Positions 11,663-26,603 of a stretch of 64,000 bases of DNA are shown here, in pieces (the stretch's first letter is position 1; each line of letters begins with the position of its first letter). This DNA comes from Eledone cirrhosa. Its lineage: Eukaryota. Location: positions 59,272,001 to 59,336,000 of the forward strand of contig OZ024743.1 of the NCBI GenBank assembly GCA_964016885.1. The letters run 5' to 3'. A program made the translations under genes and the position numbers. The notes below the pieces were generated by a model. The model was given only the letters and a program-made list of their open reading frames with translations, was not told the DNA's origin and did not search any database.

Positions 11663-13501
11663 CACACATACACACATCAAGCATTCATACACACATACAC
11701 AAAATGTGCAAACACTCACACACAAACATACATACACATATACATATATATATATTTTCACAGCTCGAATACTCTTGATTACATATTTGCTTGACAATAT
11801 GTGTTATAAATTGGGTTAGGGTTAGGGTTAGGTATACAAAACAAAAGCAACAACAATAACAACGACAACGACAAAGACAACAGCAGGAACAATAATAACA
11901 TCATATTCTGATTCGATTGCCCGATGGAAACATTTATAATGAGCTCAGTATTATTTTCTCTTGCCTGCCCGAACCTAAGGGGAACCTTTATGTGGTTCAA
12001 CCCGCAAATTATTTTCTACTATATTAAAATGTAAAAATTCATAAAATGAATTTTATAAACAACATCCTACATTGCTGGCAGTTTGCTGTAATATTACATC
12101 GGCGACAGGATATAAAATCATTGTATACTAATTATAAATCAATTTTATGTAATGAATTGTTACCAGTGTGCAATATGCAATACACATTTAACATACATAC
12201 TAATGCTCAAAGACTAGACACCAAACACCAAATGCAACTGCAAGAAAAACGAACCATAAGTTATCATTAAAGTCGTCTTTATGAAGATCTGAAAATGCAG
12301 CAGCAAATTTCATTCCACCACACAGCAATGACAAGAGAAACGACAGAAATATCAAAACTCAAGTACAGCAGTATCAATAAATAACTACAAATATCCATAT
12401 CAATTAGAATATTTTACAATATGACATCAACGAAAAGCATATAAAGTGAATAAAAAGTATCACACATAAACGGAATGCAAAGGAAATAATAATGGAAATT
12501 AGCCGATCTATATGCCAAAGGAACGGCGTATCTATTGGTCTTTTCATTGGCGATACAATCTTCCGGCTGCATCTCCTGGCAGAAGGAGGTAACATTTGAA
12601 ATAGAAATGCAAAGAGTTGGATCAGATATGACAAAACTATTCGACCGACGTTTTAACAAATCCATCGTGCCTAGATGGTCATTTCATTTATCAACACTGA
12701 AAGGATAAAATGCAACATTTACTTTACTGATATTTGCATTCAAAGCTCAGAGAGCCGGCCCAAACGACATGGCATTTAAGACGACATTTTAATGATTCTA
12801 CCAATTCTATTGATAAAAACAATATCACAAGTATACGAAATTATAATCCAACGAAATAAGATATATACTGTTATAAAAAAAAAAAATTAAAAAAACGATA
12901 ATATTCATATTATGCATAAAGCTTGGACTGTATTTTTCTGAAAGATATTTTCTACAAAATTCATCACACAAAAATATTTAACGCTTGAACGTTGAACGGG
13001 GACACTGTGAAGATTATGGACAGTGAAGACAAGGGAGAGTCTCTGGTAACTTCAATACTGTTGAAATTGTAAACATCTACGAAAGATATTGTTCTGACAT
13101 TACAACTACGACAACTCAAGCCACAATAACTACAACTATAAATATATGTACGTTGCTATGCTGCTTTCTACCCAATTATCTCACATATAAATGGAATAAA
13201 AATATCGTGTAGGATTGAAAGCGACTAATAGACATATTTGTAGCGAAATCTGTCAACACCTTGACCACTGGGTAACATTTAACGGTCAGTTTTTGGCATA
13301 AACAAGTCTGTACGTGGGCGATCTGTCGAGGTCACCCCTGTGGTTCCCATGGCAGGGGACAGAGGAAACGACAGATACAAATAGCCTGTCGTAGACCAAG
13401 CAAAAAGCAGTTCGGAGCATTTCCTGATACAGTAACGATGTAAAACAGTTGCTTTCTACAGACCCCTAGGGGTCTACAGACTCTCTCTTTTTCACTCTTT
13501 C

Positions 13502-13554
<53 letters not shown>

Positions 13555-15380
13555 GGTCTTACAGACTCTTAATTTCTCTTACTCTCTCTCTCTCTTTCTC
13601 ATATCTATCTCTTGGTCTCTCTCTTAACAGGGACAGTAAAGTTCATGAAGTTTTCTTGGTAAATACGATTTAATTCTACTTTTACAAACCAACAAATAAC
13701 GTGCATTATTCTTGTCTATTTTTTGTATAGATCCAGTGTGAGCTATTTTCAATAAATTAATGATATAGCGGTTTGGTGTCATCGTAATTCACTACTCACA
13801 TACCTGCACACATGCAAACTCTGGTCACACTGTATCACAGACAGTGAATACAGGACACAGCAAGCTACAAGTGAGCACGCACGCAACAAACGAATCAACA
13901 CCACAGCACAATCAACTCACCAACATAACCATACAAATAATCGCTATATATTCATCGGAACATCAGGTTAATACCGTGCAGAATCTTTTCTAGTGATATG
14001 CATCTTGTGTTCAAATCCTCCTTAAATCAACATAGACTTTCATCCAATCGGTGTTTCTGAAGACAGAAATTAACTGAACAGTGGTGGTGGGATACTGAGA
14101 TTTTTAAAGCGTCAGACACGATCCTTTACAGTATTTGTACCTAATGTATTATGTTCTGTGAATGTGGATAGTAATGGGGGACCTACATTGTTTAATATAT
14201 CACCCACGCACTGAATTTTCAGCACGAAAATAGTTCCATGTTGTTGTGACGGAAGCTATGTTTTGGAGGGCGTATGCTATGATGGCGATAAATGTTTTGA
14301 AAACGCATTTATATTCAGCAGCAGGTACAAGATTTTTTAAATTCATCAAAATTAGTTTTGCTTTTTTATTTTATTTTTAGTTAAAATCTTTAACATTTTA
14401 TTTTTATCTATTTCAGCCAAAATATTAATATATTTCCATAGCATTTCTTCTTTATAAAATTATTGTTTCAGTATACTCTCAAACAAATTCTGAAAACTAC
14501 ATTCTTCTATTAAATTTCTAGTATTTCCTTTGGCGCAAGTTAAAGCAAAAATATTCCTCTTTGAAGAATAATGTGGAGATCTATTAGATCACTGAAAATG
14601 GAAAGAACAATTTTAGCAAATTAATTCCCTAACAAAAATCATCAAATTAATTTGTTGAATGTGTGAGTTCAACGCTGAAGATTAACGTTCACAGAAAGCC
14701 TAATTAAATATTTAATTTAATTTGAACATTTCGTTGGGAAAATTTTAATTTTATTGATGAGAGGAGTTCTAGGAAATATATTAATTTACAGTAATATTCT
14801 GGAAATGTTGCAGAATATTAAATTTAGAAATTGGTATACATATGCATGTAATGCATATGAAATTAATAGAAAACAGCAATGAAATATTAAAATGATGGGG
14901 TTGTATGAATACGGTAATGTACTATTTTGTTTCAATTCATTGCATTATTCAACAATCTGACGATGTGGACTATCAGAGGTGTTAGAGACGCCGACAAAAA
15001 GTTTATCAGTATTTTGGGAGCTCTTTACGTTCTAAGTTTCAATAAAATTGAGAAAATAATGTACGAATCAAACAAAGGCGTTTATATCATCAACTTCACC
15101 TTCCTCCAAAATGTTCAGCCCACCCTTATATATATATATAAGGGTGGGGCTGAAACTTTCATAGGCAGACAATTAAAGTGTGATTCTAGGACTCTGAAAT
15201 TGTGCATACATTAACTTCCAAATATTGTTTTTCAAATACATTTTATAGCACGTCCACAGTTTTGGGTGATTGGTTATACATTCAATATTGTGATGTGCAA
15301 TGTCAAATTGAATAGGACACATACATACATTTCTATTTAAACTTGTACATTTCCAGAGATAACCATATGTACATACACAT

Positions 15381-15869
15381 ACAAAGTTGGGCTAAAAAGT
15401 TAATTGTGTGAATATGAAGGAATCGAGCTAGAGCTGTGGAATCCTGCATGTATTAATTTCACCTATTCGTATTAATGATTGCATTGTTTTTCCTCCAGGT
15501 AAACTATTATCTGACTTTACAAATAAGACTTCAAATGAAACTTGAAGCGACTTCCCTTGAAAAAGTAGAAACTTTGCTTTCTTCATTATGTTATCAAATA
15601 CTTGCGGAGAAATGTTTTAGCTTCCAAAGAGATTCAGACTTACCTGGTTGCTACATTAGGGGGATCACATTTTAACTTTTTCAATAGTTAAAGTTGATAA
15701 AAGTTAGGCAGCTGAATTTAGGATGGGAAGAGAGAGTCTTGAAGATGATCGAAAGTTTAGATGTCTTGCAACTGCCAGCACCAAGCAAAACATTGATCGT
15801 ACTCACCACATATTGATGGGTGACAGGCGATTGACTATGAATCAAATAACCAATGCTATTAGCTTATCC

Positions 15870-15923
<54 letters not shown>

Positions 15924-16695
15924 GAATATTCTGCATAATTAACTTGGCATGACGAAAGTATTTGCTTGTAGGGTGCCACGTCTTCTGACAACAAATCCAA
16001 AGCACACCAGCTGATCACATCACGGGAAAATCTGACATTGTTTCAGGCAGATCCATCTAGTTTCCTCACACGTTTCCGAATCCAAGAGGAGTGTTGAGTT
16101 CATCCCTTTGAGTCAGAAACAAAAAACAATTCAAGCAGCAGAAGCACTCCTACAAACTTCTCCAAAGAATTTCAAGACAATTTTCCTGCAGGGAATGCGA
16201 TGGGCTCAGTTTATTGGGATGCAAAAGACATAGTATTTACTGATTATCTTCTAAAGGGTAACACCATCAATGGAGATTACTAAGCCAACCTGCTGAGAAG
16301 TTGCAATAGGCCATCTAGACAGAACACCCAGGGAAACTAACGAAAATGGCCTTGTTTCATGAAGACGATGCTCCAGCACATAATTCTTTCGTTTCAGTCG
16401 CTGTTGTGCGTGATTGTGTCTTTGAATTGGTTGCTCACCCTTCCTATTCTCCTGATTCGGCTTCAAATTACTATCAACTGTTCCCCAATATAAAATAAGA
16501 AACACTACGCTGGGAACCAGTATCACAGTGTTGATGACTTATTTTACCAACAGGACGAAATCTTCTTCACCAATGGTCTCCAAGTATGGCAACACCAATG
16601 GAACAAGTGTCTGCACGATTATGCTGAAACAAATCTTATTTTCTCACATTCCCTGAGAGTATCTTCGACAAAATATGAACCTTTCACCCGACTTT
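15381..16695 (+). mobile_element. Degenerate mariner transposon, interrupted by (GA)n
   Basis: GRESLEDD..T..NIDR..DRRLT HTH; RVPRLL (WVPxxL), HEDDAPAH, PYSPDSAS (YSPDLAP); related 5' end fragments at ~15140-15215 and ~48835-48925. Confidence 0.85.
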
Positions 16696-16698
16696 CCG

Positions 16699-16794
<96 letters not shown>

Positions 16795-16922
16795 ATTGAG
16801 ATGACAGATAAGTGTTCTTAAAGCATCTAATTCTTTACAATTATTTCAAAATCTCTCAATCCCAATTGTATGGAATTGCAAATAATTAAATGTTTTAAGA
16901 ACACTTATCTGTCATCTCAATT
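16795..16922. repeat. Inverted repeat with ~40-bp arms next to (TA)n
   Basis: aattgagatgacagataagtgttcttaaagcat / atgttttaagaacacttatctgtcatctcaatt. Confidence 0.85.
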
Positions 16923-17198
16923 AGTTTTATATGCCCTGTGTTTAAATATGCTACCTATCATCTTCTACTCTTAAATAACACTTCCCTATATTCCTATCTG
17001 TTATGACACGTTCATTGAGTTTAAATATTATTCACTGGCAATTTCTTAGCAGTTAACTTCATGAGTTATATATATATATATATATAATTGGTGCAGGATG
17101 CTTAAAGCGTCTGTAAGCGGTATGCCGTTTGAGCACTTGACGCTCTTGCAGAGCAGAGTATAATATCACATTTTGAAAACTCTGCTTTGTAGAATCGA

Positions 17199-17293
17199 GA
17201 CATATCCGAGGATCTTGCTATTTCAGAGTCAGGTTTGATCATTGCATTGATCGTGCCTCGAGCTGATCGCCTGAGAAACGATTGTAATATGTC
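17199..17293 (+). ncRNA. HHR fold with one core substitution (CCGAGGA)
   Basis: gacatat-CCGAGGA-tc..tcagg..cctga-GAAA-c gatt g-TA-atatgtc; perfect 7-bp stem I; island flanked by TA runs. Confidence 0.65.
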
Positions 17294-17949
17294 TAATAAA
17301 TCTCATTCGTCGCACCACTGATTCTCCGTTTCTTATGTGATATATATATATTTATATAGTATGTCTATATGTGAATAATACAGCCATATAGTTAGAGTTT
17401 ACTTGTGATATATACATATACCTACGTCAGAACGGTATTGCTCCAATCAGTCTATCAACGCTGAACAAACATTCTAAACCGAAAGACAGCCTGTAGCCAC
17501 GACTCATCCTCCAAATTGCTCAAATCTTATGTGGACTACCCATTTTCCCAAACTAGACTTACGCAACCAAACAATAATAATCATCTAATGGCGAAGACAG
17601 ACGTTATGAAGCCGCAGGTGTCATATTTCCTAGTTACTTAAGCAGAAAGGCTGATAAGCTCAAGCGCATAAATTCTATATCATAGCTTATAAAATAGAGT
17701 ATAAAAACGGAAAAAGGTACCGCCATAGGAAGCTATGAGTGATTAAACCCCATATCTCCTAGATAGCGGCTAGACATTTTAAACATTAAGAGAAGGGGTC
17801 ATGACAACCTTCCCACCGTGTTTCAAACTAGATAACTGTGCGACAGCTTTCAAACATCAGCATGCAGTCAGACAGACACGCTTCCAAATGTAAATAAACA
17901 AATGTACGTAAATCGAATTCTCGGCCTATTAAACGCTGAGAATATATAT

Positions 17950-18170
17950 AGGGTGCGGACGGTATTTGAGGACACATGTATTTTTAGTCATTATTTTATT
18001 TGACTAATTTTTATTGAACTTCCATTTCAGAAAATAACAATGAAAATAACTATACTTACTAATGAAATGAAAAGGCATGCTGTGGTTGTGGCTTTGAAGG
18101 CTAAGCATGGGGATTTAGAAATTTCTCGTTTTCTGAAAGTTGCAAGATCTTTTGTCCACAAGATTCGGTG
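17950..18170 (+). mobile_element. 5' fragment of a Tc1/maT-type transposon
   Basis: TA-agggtg terminus and HTH start MKRHAVVVALKAKHGDLEISRFLKVARSFVHKIR. Confidence 0.6.
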
Positions 18171-18184
18171 TGAGTGTGTGTATA

Positions 18185-18575
18185 ATTATATTATAGAGTA
18201 AAATGACAGGAGGTCGAACCAGAGGAAAAACGGAGAATGAAAAAATATTTTTTTTTTGTGGCGGGGGGGGGGGGGTTTAGAGGCGGTCCTCACAAATGAC
18301 AACTTTCTACGATCGCCTCTGTCTCGAAAACAAAAAGAAAACAAAAAACAAAGCAAAACAATTTTTTCATTGTCTGTTTTTTCCTCCTGAAAGCCTCTTG
18401 GAATGAGTTTACCATCATTCCTAGGGTATATAACTATTGTGCAATATACACATGATGATGTCACTAGGTTCATTCGTAATCTGGCCACAGAAATGTGCAT
18501 AGTGTTTGCAGAAATAAAAATTTGAAGGAATTCAACCTATACTGGCCCCCTGTCATTTTACTCTATAATATAATA
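18185..18575. mobile_element. MITE with ~25-bp terminal inverted repeats
   Basis: attatattatagagtaaaatgacagg ... cctgtcattttactctataatataat. Confidence 0.75.
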
Positions 18576-18724
18576 TTTAACTCCGATCCCGCACCGCACC
18601 AACAAGAAGATTCAACATCAAAGATGGATGAGATACGTAGCAGTGAGTGCTTTCCTCATATTACATCAGCATTAACATTGAAGAATAACCAATTCTACCT
18701 TGTGGCGAACCACAGAATTTAAGC

Positions 18725-18786
<62 letters not shown>

Positions 18787-18789
<3 letters not shown>

Positions 18790-19350
18790 TTTAGTATATT
18801 TGGCAATATACCGTATGTTTAATTAAAAACCTTTTGAAGACCATACGCTATAGGTTTTTAAGTAGTGACTATGTCACTTATTTCTTTCAGGCGAAAGACG
18901 GGAGAGAAGCTAACAGTCTGTTTCACGCTGTTTGGTGATCATCACAGCCACGCACTCCCTCTTCCGTAAAATAATTATAGACACTGGATTGTTATAGAAT
19001 TGCAGTAATAATCAGGAACTGATTATACAGTGCGATTGCCGGTCCATAAAAAAATTAGGTATTAGTATTGCTGCTCTGAAATAGCGATGTATACATGAAT
19101 GTATGTATAGCATATTTGGCAATATATCGTATGTTTAATTAAAAACATTTTGAAGACTATACGCTATCGGTTTTAAAGTAGTGACTATTTCAATTTCTTC
19201 TTTTCGGCGAAAAGAAGTAAGTGACATAGTCACTATGCTAAAACCGATAGCGTATGGTCTTCAAAATGTTTTAAATTAAACATACGTTATATTGCTAAAT
19301 ATACTATACATACATTCATGTATACATCGCTATTTCAGAGCAGCAATCCT
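18787..19350. repeat. pLTR-like element: direct repeat plus ~140-bp-arm palindrome (19066-19348); decayed HHR 18908-18949 (-)
   Basis: Arms mirror around cttcttttcg-g-cgaaaagaag; homologous to 10345-11037; TA runs on both sides. Confidence 0.85.
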
Positions 19351-19353
19351 TAT

Positions 19354-19513
<160 letters not shown>

Positions 19514-19580
19514 CAAGGTTTAGCAAGTAAGAAAAAGTTTCAAAATAAATAAAAAAAAATTCACTGTACTCACTATGGTT

Positions 19581-19667
19581 ACCTTTACCGAATCGGTTTC
19601 GAGTCTCAAAAATAAATCGACAGTCCTTGCGGCCTTCAATTGAAAAGATAAACTCTCGTCAGAAGAT
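19581..19667 (-). ncRNA. Type-I HHR, canonical core
   Basis: atctt-CTGACGA-gagttt...agactc-GAAA-ccga t tcgg-TA-aaggt. Confidence 0.8.
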
Positions 19668-19828
19668 TCTTTTCACTCGGAGAATATAAAATTCCCGAGT
19701 TCAAATTACGAACTGGCGCTATTCAAAATTGTTCCCGAGATGAGAATGAATGATGTGGAAGCAATTCTTCTGTCCAGTGCCGTGTGTAAAGATCCCTGAA
19801 CGCTTTTTGCGTGTAGGGATATATACTT

Positions 19829-19874
<46 letters not shown>

Positions 19875-20099
19875 GATGATGTGCTTTCAATCCTATATTT
19901 CTTATCGAAATGACAAGTCATTATGATTAATTGACAGAGAAAGAGCCAGGTCCATTTAGAATTACTAGAAAGCCTCAATGATATGAGAAATGAAGGAATT
20001 GGAGTCACTGATGCTATTCCGAAATTTTGAACAACTAAAAGTTAAACAGATGAACGGATAAATAAGGGATAAAATAGAATATAGAAGATACAAGATTCT

Positions 20100-20280
20100 T
20101 AGGACTGAAGACTTCTGGAGTCCTTGTTCCTAGTGCCACCTCCCTACTCATCATCATAGGCACTGAGCTGGCTAGCCGCTGGTGTGAGCCTCGGGATCTG
20201 GAATGGCTGTTCAAGAGTATCTCCCTCACGATCCTCTGGGGAATCACCTCCTCTATTCTGTCCGCTGGAGCCGTGGGGCA
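20100..20280 (+). pseudogene. C-terminal restriction-like endonuclease fragment of a CRE-clade non-LTR retrotransposon
   Basis: KTSGVLVPSATSLLIIIGTELA..EPRDLEWLFKSISLTILWG resembles the CRE RLE tail ET.G..G..A..L..IG..L..DPRE..WLFQR.S.AI.RGN. Confidence 0.6.
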
Positions 20281-21207
20281 ATCAGTCCATGGGACCCTAT
20301 TTGCTCATAATAGTGAGAGATGGGGAGAGCGAAATAGACGGAGGCGATGACAGTGGGAGTTCGGCTCTGCTGTGTTACACAATCGACCCTTCCATCTCGT
20401 TTAGAATAAATAAATATATGACAGTATCTACGGTCCCTACGTATTTGAACAAATACCGACTAAGATTGTCATATGAACAAGACACAACATCATGGATATA
20501 ACCTATCAAATAGGATATACACAGATACAAAACCTACAGAGAAAAATAAATATGTATAAAAACATCTTTAATTTCGTTTTTCTGTAAACAGTTCAATAGA
20601 AATTAGATGCGAAAAAACCTTTAAACCCGAACATGTTAACGCGTTATTGGCAGTATCGGTAGAGGGTTTGGACGCCATATTTTCTTGCATATTTACGTCC
20701 CTTTACGGTCTGCGTTCAAATCCTGCCGAGGTTACCTTTTCCTTTCATCCTTACGAGGTCGATAAAATAAAGTACCAGTAATGTACTGGGTAATTGCTTG
20801 CCTTGAGACAAAAGTTGAAACAATTATTACGAAAACAACATTAATTGTATCTTTTCATACATATGAGAAGGTCGCAAAGTAATCAGAATAGAAAGGTATC
20901 AATTAATATATATAGATACCGAGAGGGAAAGGAAGAGAGAGGTCGAGAGAGCGACAGAGAGAATATGAAAGTGAGCAGTCATCTCTATATCTAGTATGAT
21001 CAAAATTTGCATCTGTTTCTCCTCCCCCATAAAGATGCAGCGCCCTATCATCGGCTCTAAAGGTGACGAAACTTCCTTCGCTCTAGTAGCATTGTAAAAA
21101 CACGTACACACATACATAAATATATACACACACATAAATATATACACACACGCGCGCGCACATACATACACACACACACACACAATCACACACATATATA
21201 TATATAT

Positions 21208-21510
21208 ACCACGATAAATTAACGGAGCCATAGGCCCTCGCCATTCCCTGTAAATAATGTGCTCAAAGGAGAAGAAGCCCTGAGCTCTTTAAAATACAAT
21301 ATGTTGAAAAGGTAACACACCAGAGAGAGAGAGATATACAGTGCGCTATCAATAAAACAGGGAAAAAACCACCAGTGTATGGAATCTATAACCTATGAAA
21401 GGCAGTTCATAGGTTATAGATTCCATACACTGGTGGTTTGTTCCCTGTTTTATTGATAGCGCACTGTATATCTCTCTCTGGTTTGTTACCTTTTCAACAT
21501 ATTGTATTTT
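21208..21510. repeat. Fold-back fragment of the 29.8-31.4 kb retrozyme-like family
   Basis: cacgataaattaacggag..ttccctgtaaataatgtgctcaaaggagaaga.. then inverted cctgttttattgatagcgcactgtatatctc. Confidence 0.85.
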
Positions 21511-21552
21511 ATATATATATATATATATTGAGGGTTCTTCCCTCATGACCCT

Positions 21553-21604
21553 AGAAGAAGGAGAAGAAGAAGAAGAAGAAGAAGAAGAAGAAGAAGAAGA
21601 AGAA

Positions 21605-21635
<31 letters not shown>

Positions 21636-21675
21636 AAGAAGAAGAAGAAGAAGAAGAAGAAGAAGAAGAAGAAGA
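21553..21675. repeat. (GAA)n microsatellite
   Basis: Direct reading. Confidence 0.98.
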
Positions 21676-23169
21676 CATATATTAGACGTTTTGGGTAATT
21701 TCCCAAATAAACATATGCGAATTTACAGTTGAAAACCCACGCAAGTTGCTTCAGTAATTAATAATCATTTTATTCTGACATATAGCTGACAAGCTATAAA
21801 TATTTACTGGACACACACATAATTGTTTCTACAAGGCCAGCAAATACCCAGTGCATTACTGGTACTTTATTTTATCGACCCCGTAAGGATGAAAGGCAAA
21901 GTCAACCTCGGCGGGATTTGAACTCAGATCATAAAGGGACACACACATAATGAATATAATACATGGCACTTCAGCAATAGACACTTGTTGATTACGTATC
22001 ATGGTCACTAAATGCTCTTACGTAAATTTCATGAAAGGTATCTCTTTCTATATATTTTGTTCAGTTGTTTTCCTGATTTTTGCTTCTTTTGTTTCGTCTC
22101 CATATTTCTTCCTTCTATCTTCATTTGTTCATATCTTTGTTATTTATATACTTCTTTGTATAATATATATATCACATTGTACATCTTTTTCTTTATTTCC
22201 TTTTTATCTACGTGATTTTATCTCTCGTAAAATAATTTTTCTGCAAATTTATTAGTTCACTTACTTTCGTCTGTCTTTCACTTTCATCGGTATCTCTAAA
22301 TATCCTATTTTAGGACTATTTTATCTTTTCCCTACTCACGACAGCTCTATTTCCATCCTCCTTTAAACGATGAAATAGTTTAACTCGATGTTTTCTGAAT
22401 TTTGTGTAGCTGCTCTCCTTTCTTATCTCTGCTAGGGATCTATTAACACTTTTTTATCCATTTCTTTCCTTATTCCATTCAAAATTTCATGTTTTCTTTT
22501 CCTACCCATCAATTTATTTATTCTGCAGTTTCCTTCTTTCGTCTACGTTTCATTTTTTTAAACTCCATAATTGCACACGTATTCTATCTAGTCTATAATC
22601 GTCTATCTTTGTTTTTCACACCCAACAATATATATAGTTTATAACATTTCTATTTTTATTTTCTACACTCGACATATTCCTACGTTTATAATATATTTAC
22701 AGCCTAATCTATGTGGGTGGTGAACAAAAAGTGTAGCTCTTCTCTGTCCCTGTCAATGATAATAATGTGTTAAGTCTATGTCAAAGGCACGTAATACACT
22801 CTTCTGAATTCGACATACCGGCAACATTTAGGTGTTTTATATCACATTTGCATTCTAGAAGGAAACACATGCCCTATATACAGGGTGACCTAAAAGCATG
22901 GACTCATATTTCTAATATTTATTAATAGATGAAATCTCACGGCTTAGTTGTTAGTATACTATGATCACGTCCGTAAGGCATCGGGTTCGATACAGAGCAG
23001 CACATTGCGCCCTTGACAAGATACAATATGTCGAATGTGGAAAATAAAAATAGAAATGTTATAAACTCGATATATTGTTGTGTGGGGAAAACAAAGATAG
23101 ACGATTATAAACTAGATAGAATTTCCCATTGCTCCAGTTAACTCTGGCCCTATTTCCCATCTTTCTAAT

Positions 23170-23732
23170 TAATTGTTTCTACTTTTTAGCACAAGGTCAG
23201 CTATTATCCCAGTGTATTACTGGTACTTTATTTTATCGACCCCGTAAGGATGAAAGGCAAAGTTAACCTCGGCGGGATTTGAACTCAGACCATAAAAGGG
23301 CTGTAACTCTGTGCTGCAAAGCATGGCGTCCGACCCTCTACCGATACTGCCAATCCACCGCCATGGTAAAAATGAGTTGCATCGGTGTTTCAAAATTCGG
23401 GCCTTGTCACATACATTGTGTCGTTGAATCTCTTCATTAAAAGAGTAAATGTAAAGTAACTGGAATATTCATCGTCGGAAGTATCTCAAAACACAACACT
23501 GTATTACTACAATGCATATTGAAACATATCTATTATTTAGGGCGGTGAGTTGGCAGTATCGGTAGAGGGTCGGATGCCATGCTTTCCAGCATAGTTACGT
23601 CCCTTCACGGTCTGAGTTCAAATCTTGTGAAGGTTAACTTTGCCTTTCATCCTTACGGGGTCGATAAAATAAAGAACCAGCAACGCATTGGCTAATTGCT
23701 GGCCTTGTGGCAAAAGTAGAAATAATTATTTA
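23170..23732. mobile_element. Two divergently oriented tRNA-derived SINE copies (23170-23362 minus, 23540-23732 plus)
   Basis: A-box tggcagtatcgg, B-box gagttcaaatc, central ctttgcctttcatccttacggggtcgataaaataaag(t/a)acca, tail gtagaaa(t/c)aatta. Other copies at ~20640-20830, 21820-21945, 26650-26740, 36358-36460, 43170-43360, 54555-54742. Confidence 0.88.
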
Positions 23733-23829
23733 TAATTGGAATGTAAGAAGAGATATTGTGTCAGCATTTTAAACTATCAAATGTGTAGTTATTTTTGTTC
23801 AGATAATGTTGATATTTATTTGTGTTGAA

Positions 23830-24520
23830 AGTAGGACGGCAGTGCCAGATCCGATCCGGATCGAAGGCCGAGGCCACGTACCTCCCATGGAACTTCACAT
23901 GTTGCCAGTCGGCGCTGTCGAAACAAACATTGCAGATGAGTTCTGAACGGCGTCGGATGTGGCGTTGACTTTACCCAGGTGGTTTGCGCGAGGGTGAAAA
24001 GGCGCCTTGTGCAGCATGAACAAGAATTTTGGAAAGGCGAAGCCATTTCTCAGGAGGCACAGTGCCGGGTCCGCGTCATTCACGCGCAAACTGTTCGCCA
24101 TTCTAGACAGGTCCATGTGCTTAGTCTCCCGGCACTCTCGTATATCTTTCGAGAGAATTGAAGAGCCGAGAATGCAGGCCACATCTTTGAACGTTAGTCG
24201 AGCCCGGGTCAAAAAGCCTTGGTTGCTGAGTACAGCGTCGTGTAATTCTGCCTCATCGTGCTAACGTTTATCAGCTCGGACTTCGATGGGTTGATCTCGA
24301 GTCCGAGAAGCTTTGGAGCTGGGTTGATTAGCCAAATGTCCTCAACTCAGCCGTGTCACCCTAAGTCGTGGCGTCCAGTTTCCAGACGTTGAAATGTGAC
24401 CGTGCAGATTGTCTCAACATCATCAACTGTCAGCACAAAGAGGAGCGGGACGAAAGCTTGGTGGAAGAAAGCTTGTTTTCAGCGGCCAGAAATATACTGG
24501 GTCTTCCGTAAGAGAGGTGA
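23830..24520 (-). pseudogene. CRE-clade non-LTR retrotransposon RT/thumb fragment
   Basis: LEINPSKSEL..ILGSSI..ALCLLRNGFAFPKFLFML..P; RGLGLRSGSDLALPSY. Confidence 0.7.
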
Positions 24521-25920
24521 GCCTGCATATCTACGTTAGGCCTTACTGCACACGCACAAGTACTCTAGTGAATCGTAGTTGTGCCAACATAGAAAGGAGT
24601 TCCCTATATACTTTTCAAACTTTTTCTGAAACCCTGCAAATTCTAGCAATGCGATTAGCATAATGAAAATGGATAGGGCATTACTCTTGTTATTGCCTCT
24701 CAATTATGTCGTATTAGTCCTAATATATTGCTTGTACATAAAGATTTGCGGGGATATTATTGTTTTATGTAACTATTTATAAATATTTGTCTGAATTGAA
24801 CGCGCAAGGTATTATCTCTACGATAGTGTTGCATCTGTGCTTTAGAGAGACTAATTATTTTGAACTGATTCTGTATGTTGATCACGAATTGTAAGCCTTT
24901 GAGTTTGCTGTTCTTGTCCAAGAGTCTAGTTATATGTAATACTTTTGATTTTGATATACATAGGTGTCCTATAGATCCGGTCTGTGGGCAAATTTTGAAC
25001 ACGTGAAATGTGTCCTATGATATTTATTACACCTATATAGATACCATTGTTGTTTTCTTTTGTGGAGAACTTTGGAACACAAGCAAATCTCGTATAATCC
25101 ATGTTTATAATTTTATAATTCAGTTAACACCTTTGCAATATTTATTCTCTTAAAAGCATGCTTTTTCTGTACCCGAGCTAGTTTGTCATTTTACTTTCGT
25201 TGCAATATCTTCTGTATACCCTGTAAACGTAGTGGGGGCGTCGTGTGTAGCCTCTATTATAAGTATTTTCTACCAGTTTAGTATATGGTACATTGTGCAT
25301 GATTTTATGTGAAATCTTGTTAAAATGAACGACAGTAGTTATGACAGATAGTACATCAGAGCTGTTGATTTGGGAACTTCTATTTAAAAGGTTTCTAGGC
25401 AATTGACGTAGAATTGCAGTAATTATGGATCTATGTAGGAAGATGAGTAGGAGGATATAATCGTAATATCATATGTATGTAAGACTGCATGTATAATTTG
25501 AGTAAATGTTGGAAGGTTGCACAGATATATCTGAAAACGAGTGGGTGTGTCTTTCCTTATATTCAGTTTCCTTTGTAATATTACTGTTAAAATTACGCTA
25601 ACGTATACAGATATGTAGACACAATGCCATATATCTGTGGTTTATTATATATCAATAATGGTTCAATCTATTTAATTATATATCGCATAATGTGGTCCTC
25701 GAAACATTGATAATTATAAACATCTTTTTATAATTCACCATCTATTAACTCATTTTCGTTTCAAATTACATAAGGTTATTTTCGATATTATACTGAAAAT
25801 ATACAGACACCATAAATATATAGTTTATTCCATAAAAGTACATGTTAAATCTATTATATTCCATACTATATCATGCAGTAACTGAAATATTAATAATTAT
25901 AAACAATGTTGCACAAGGCA

Positions 25921-26010
<90 letters not shown>

Positions 26011-26183
26011 ATAAACATATATACTTCTCGCTGTAGTTGTCCTAACTTTCGATGATGTTACACCTACCTCAGAGGCTGTGTGATAACGCTAAACATTATC
26101 GAATTGCTTTTGTCATACGTAACGATTTCTCTCGATACTGAGGCAGAATATGCTATAGTTTATAAAGATTTTGCAGGTGATAC

Positions 26184-26253
<70 letters not shown>

Positions 26254-26541
26254 CTTTGGTATGTTTATGTAAATTTTTTTCTTTTAACTTTGATTTTGTA
26301 CCTAATTGTGTATGGTTAGCTATGTGTCTAGTCAATTTCTACAGGCTGTTAGAAATACTAGGTAAATTTTCTGTGGCTGTGGATCGCGGATAAAATAGCT
26401 ATCATTCATTTATCTATTGTTTCTTCATAGGTACATTTTAAACTTATAGCCTCGTTTAATTGATTTTTATGTTGTTGATTATGCTGATGGTGAGAAGAAA
26501 TAGTGTATATATTTTATCAAATGATTCTATGGACTTACATT

Positions 26542-26599
<58 letters not shown>

Positions 26600-26603
<4 letters not shown>

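Noticed and set aside
11812-11832. (TTAGGG)3 telomere-like run
   Set aside because: Too short to indicate a telomeric or fusion site
12480-12600. Possible minus-strand terminal exon (ccttctgccag|GAGATGCAGCCGGAAGA..TGA)
   Set aside because: Only an acceptor-like site and a 10-codon frame; no homology or partner exons to support it
24720-25700. Possible old PLE/LINE remnant on the minus strand
   Set aside because: No diagnostic motif could be read with confidence
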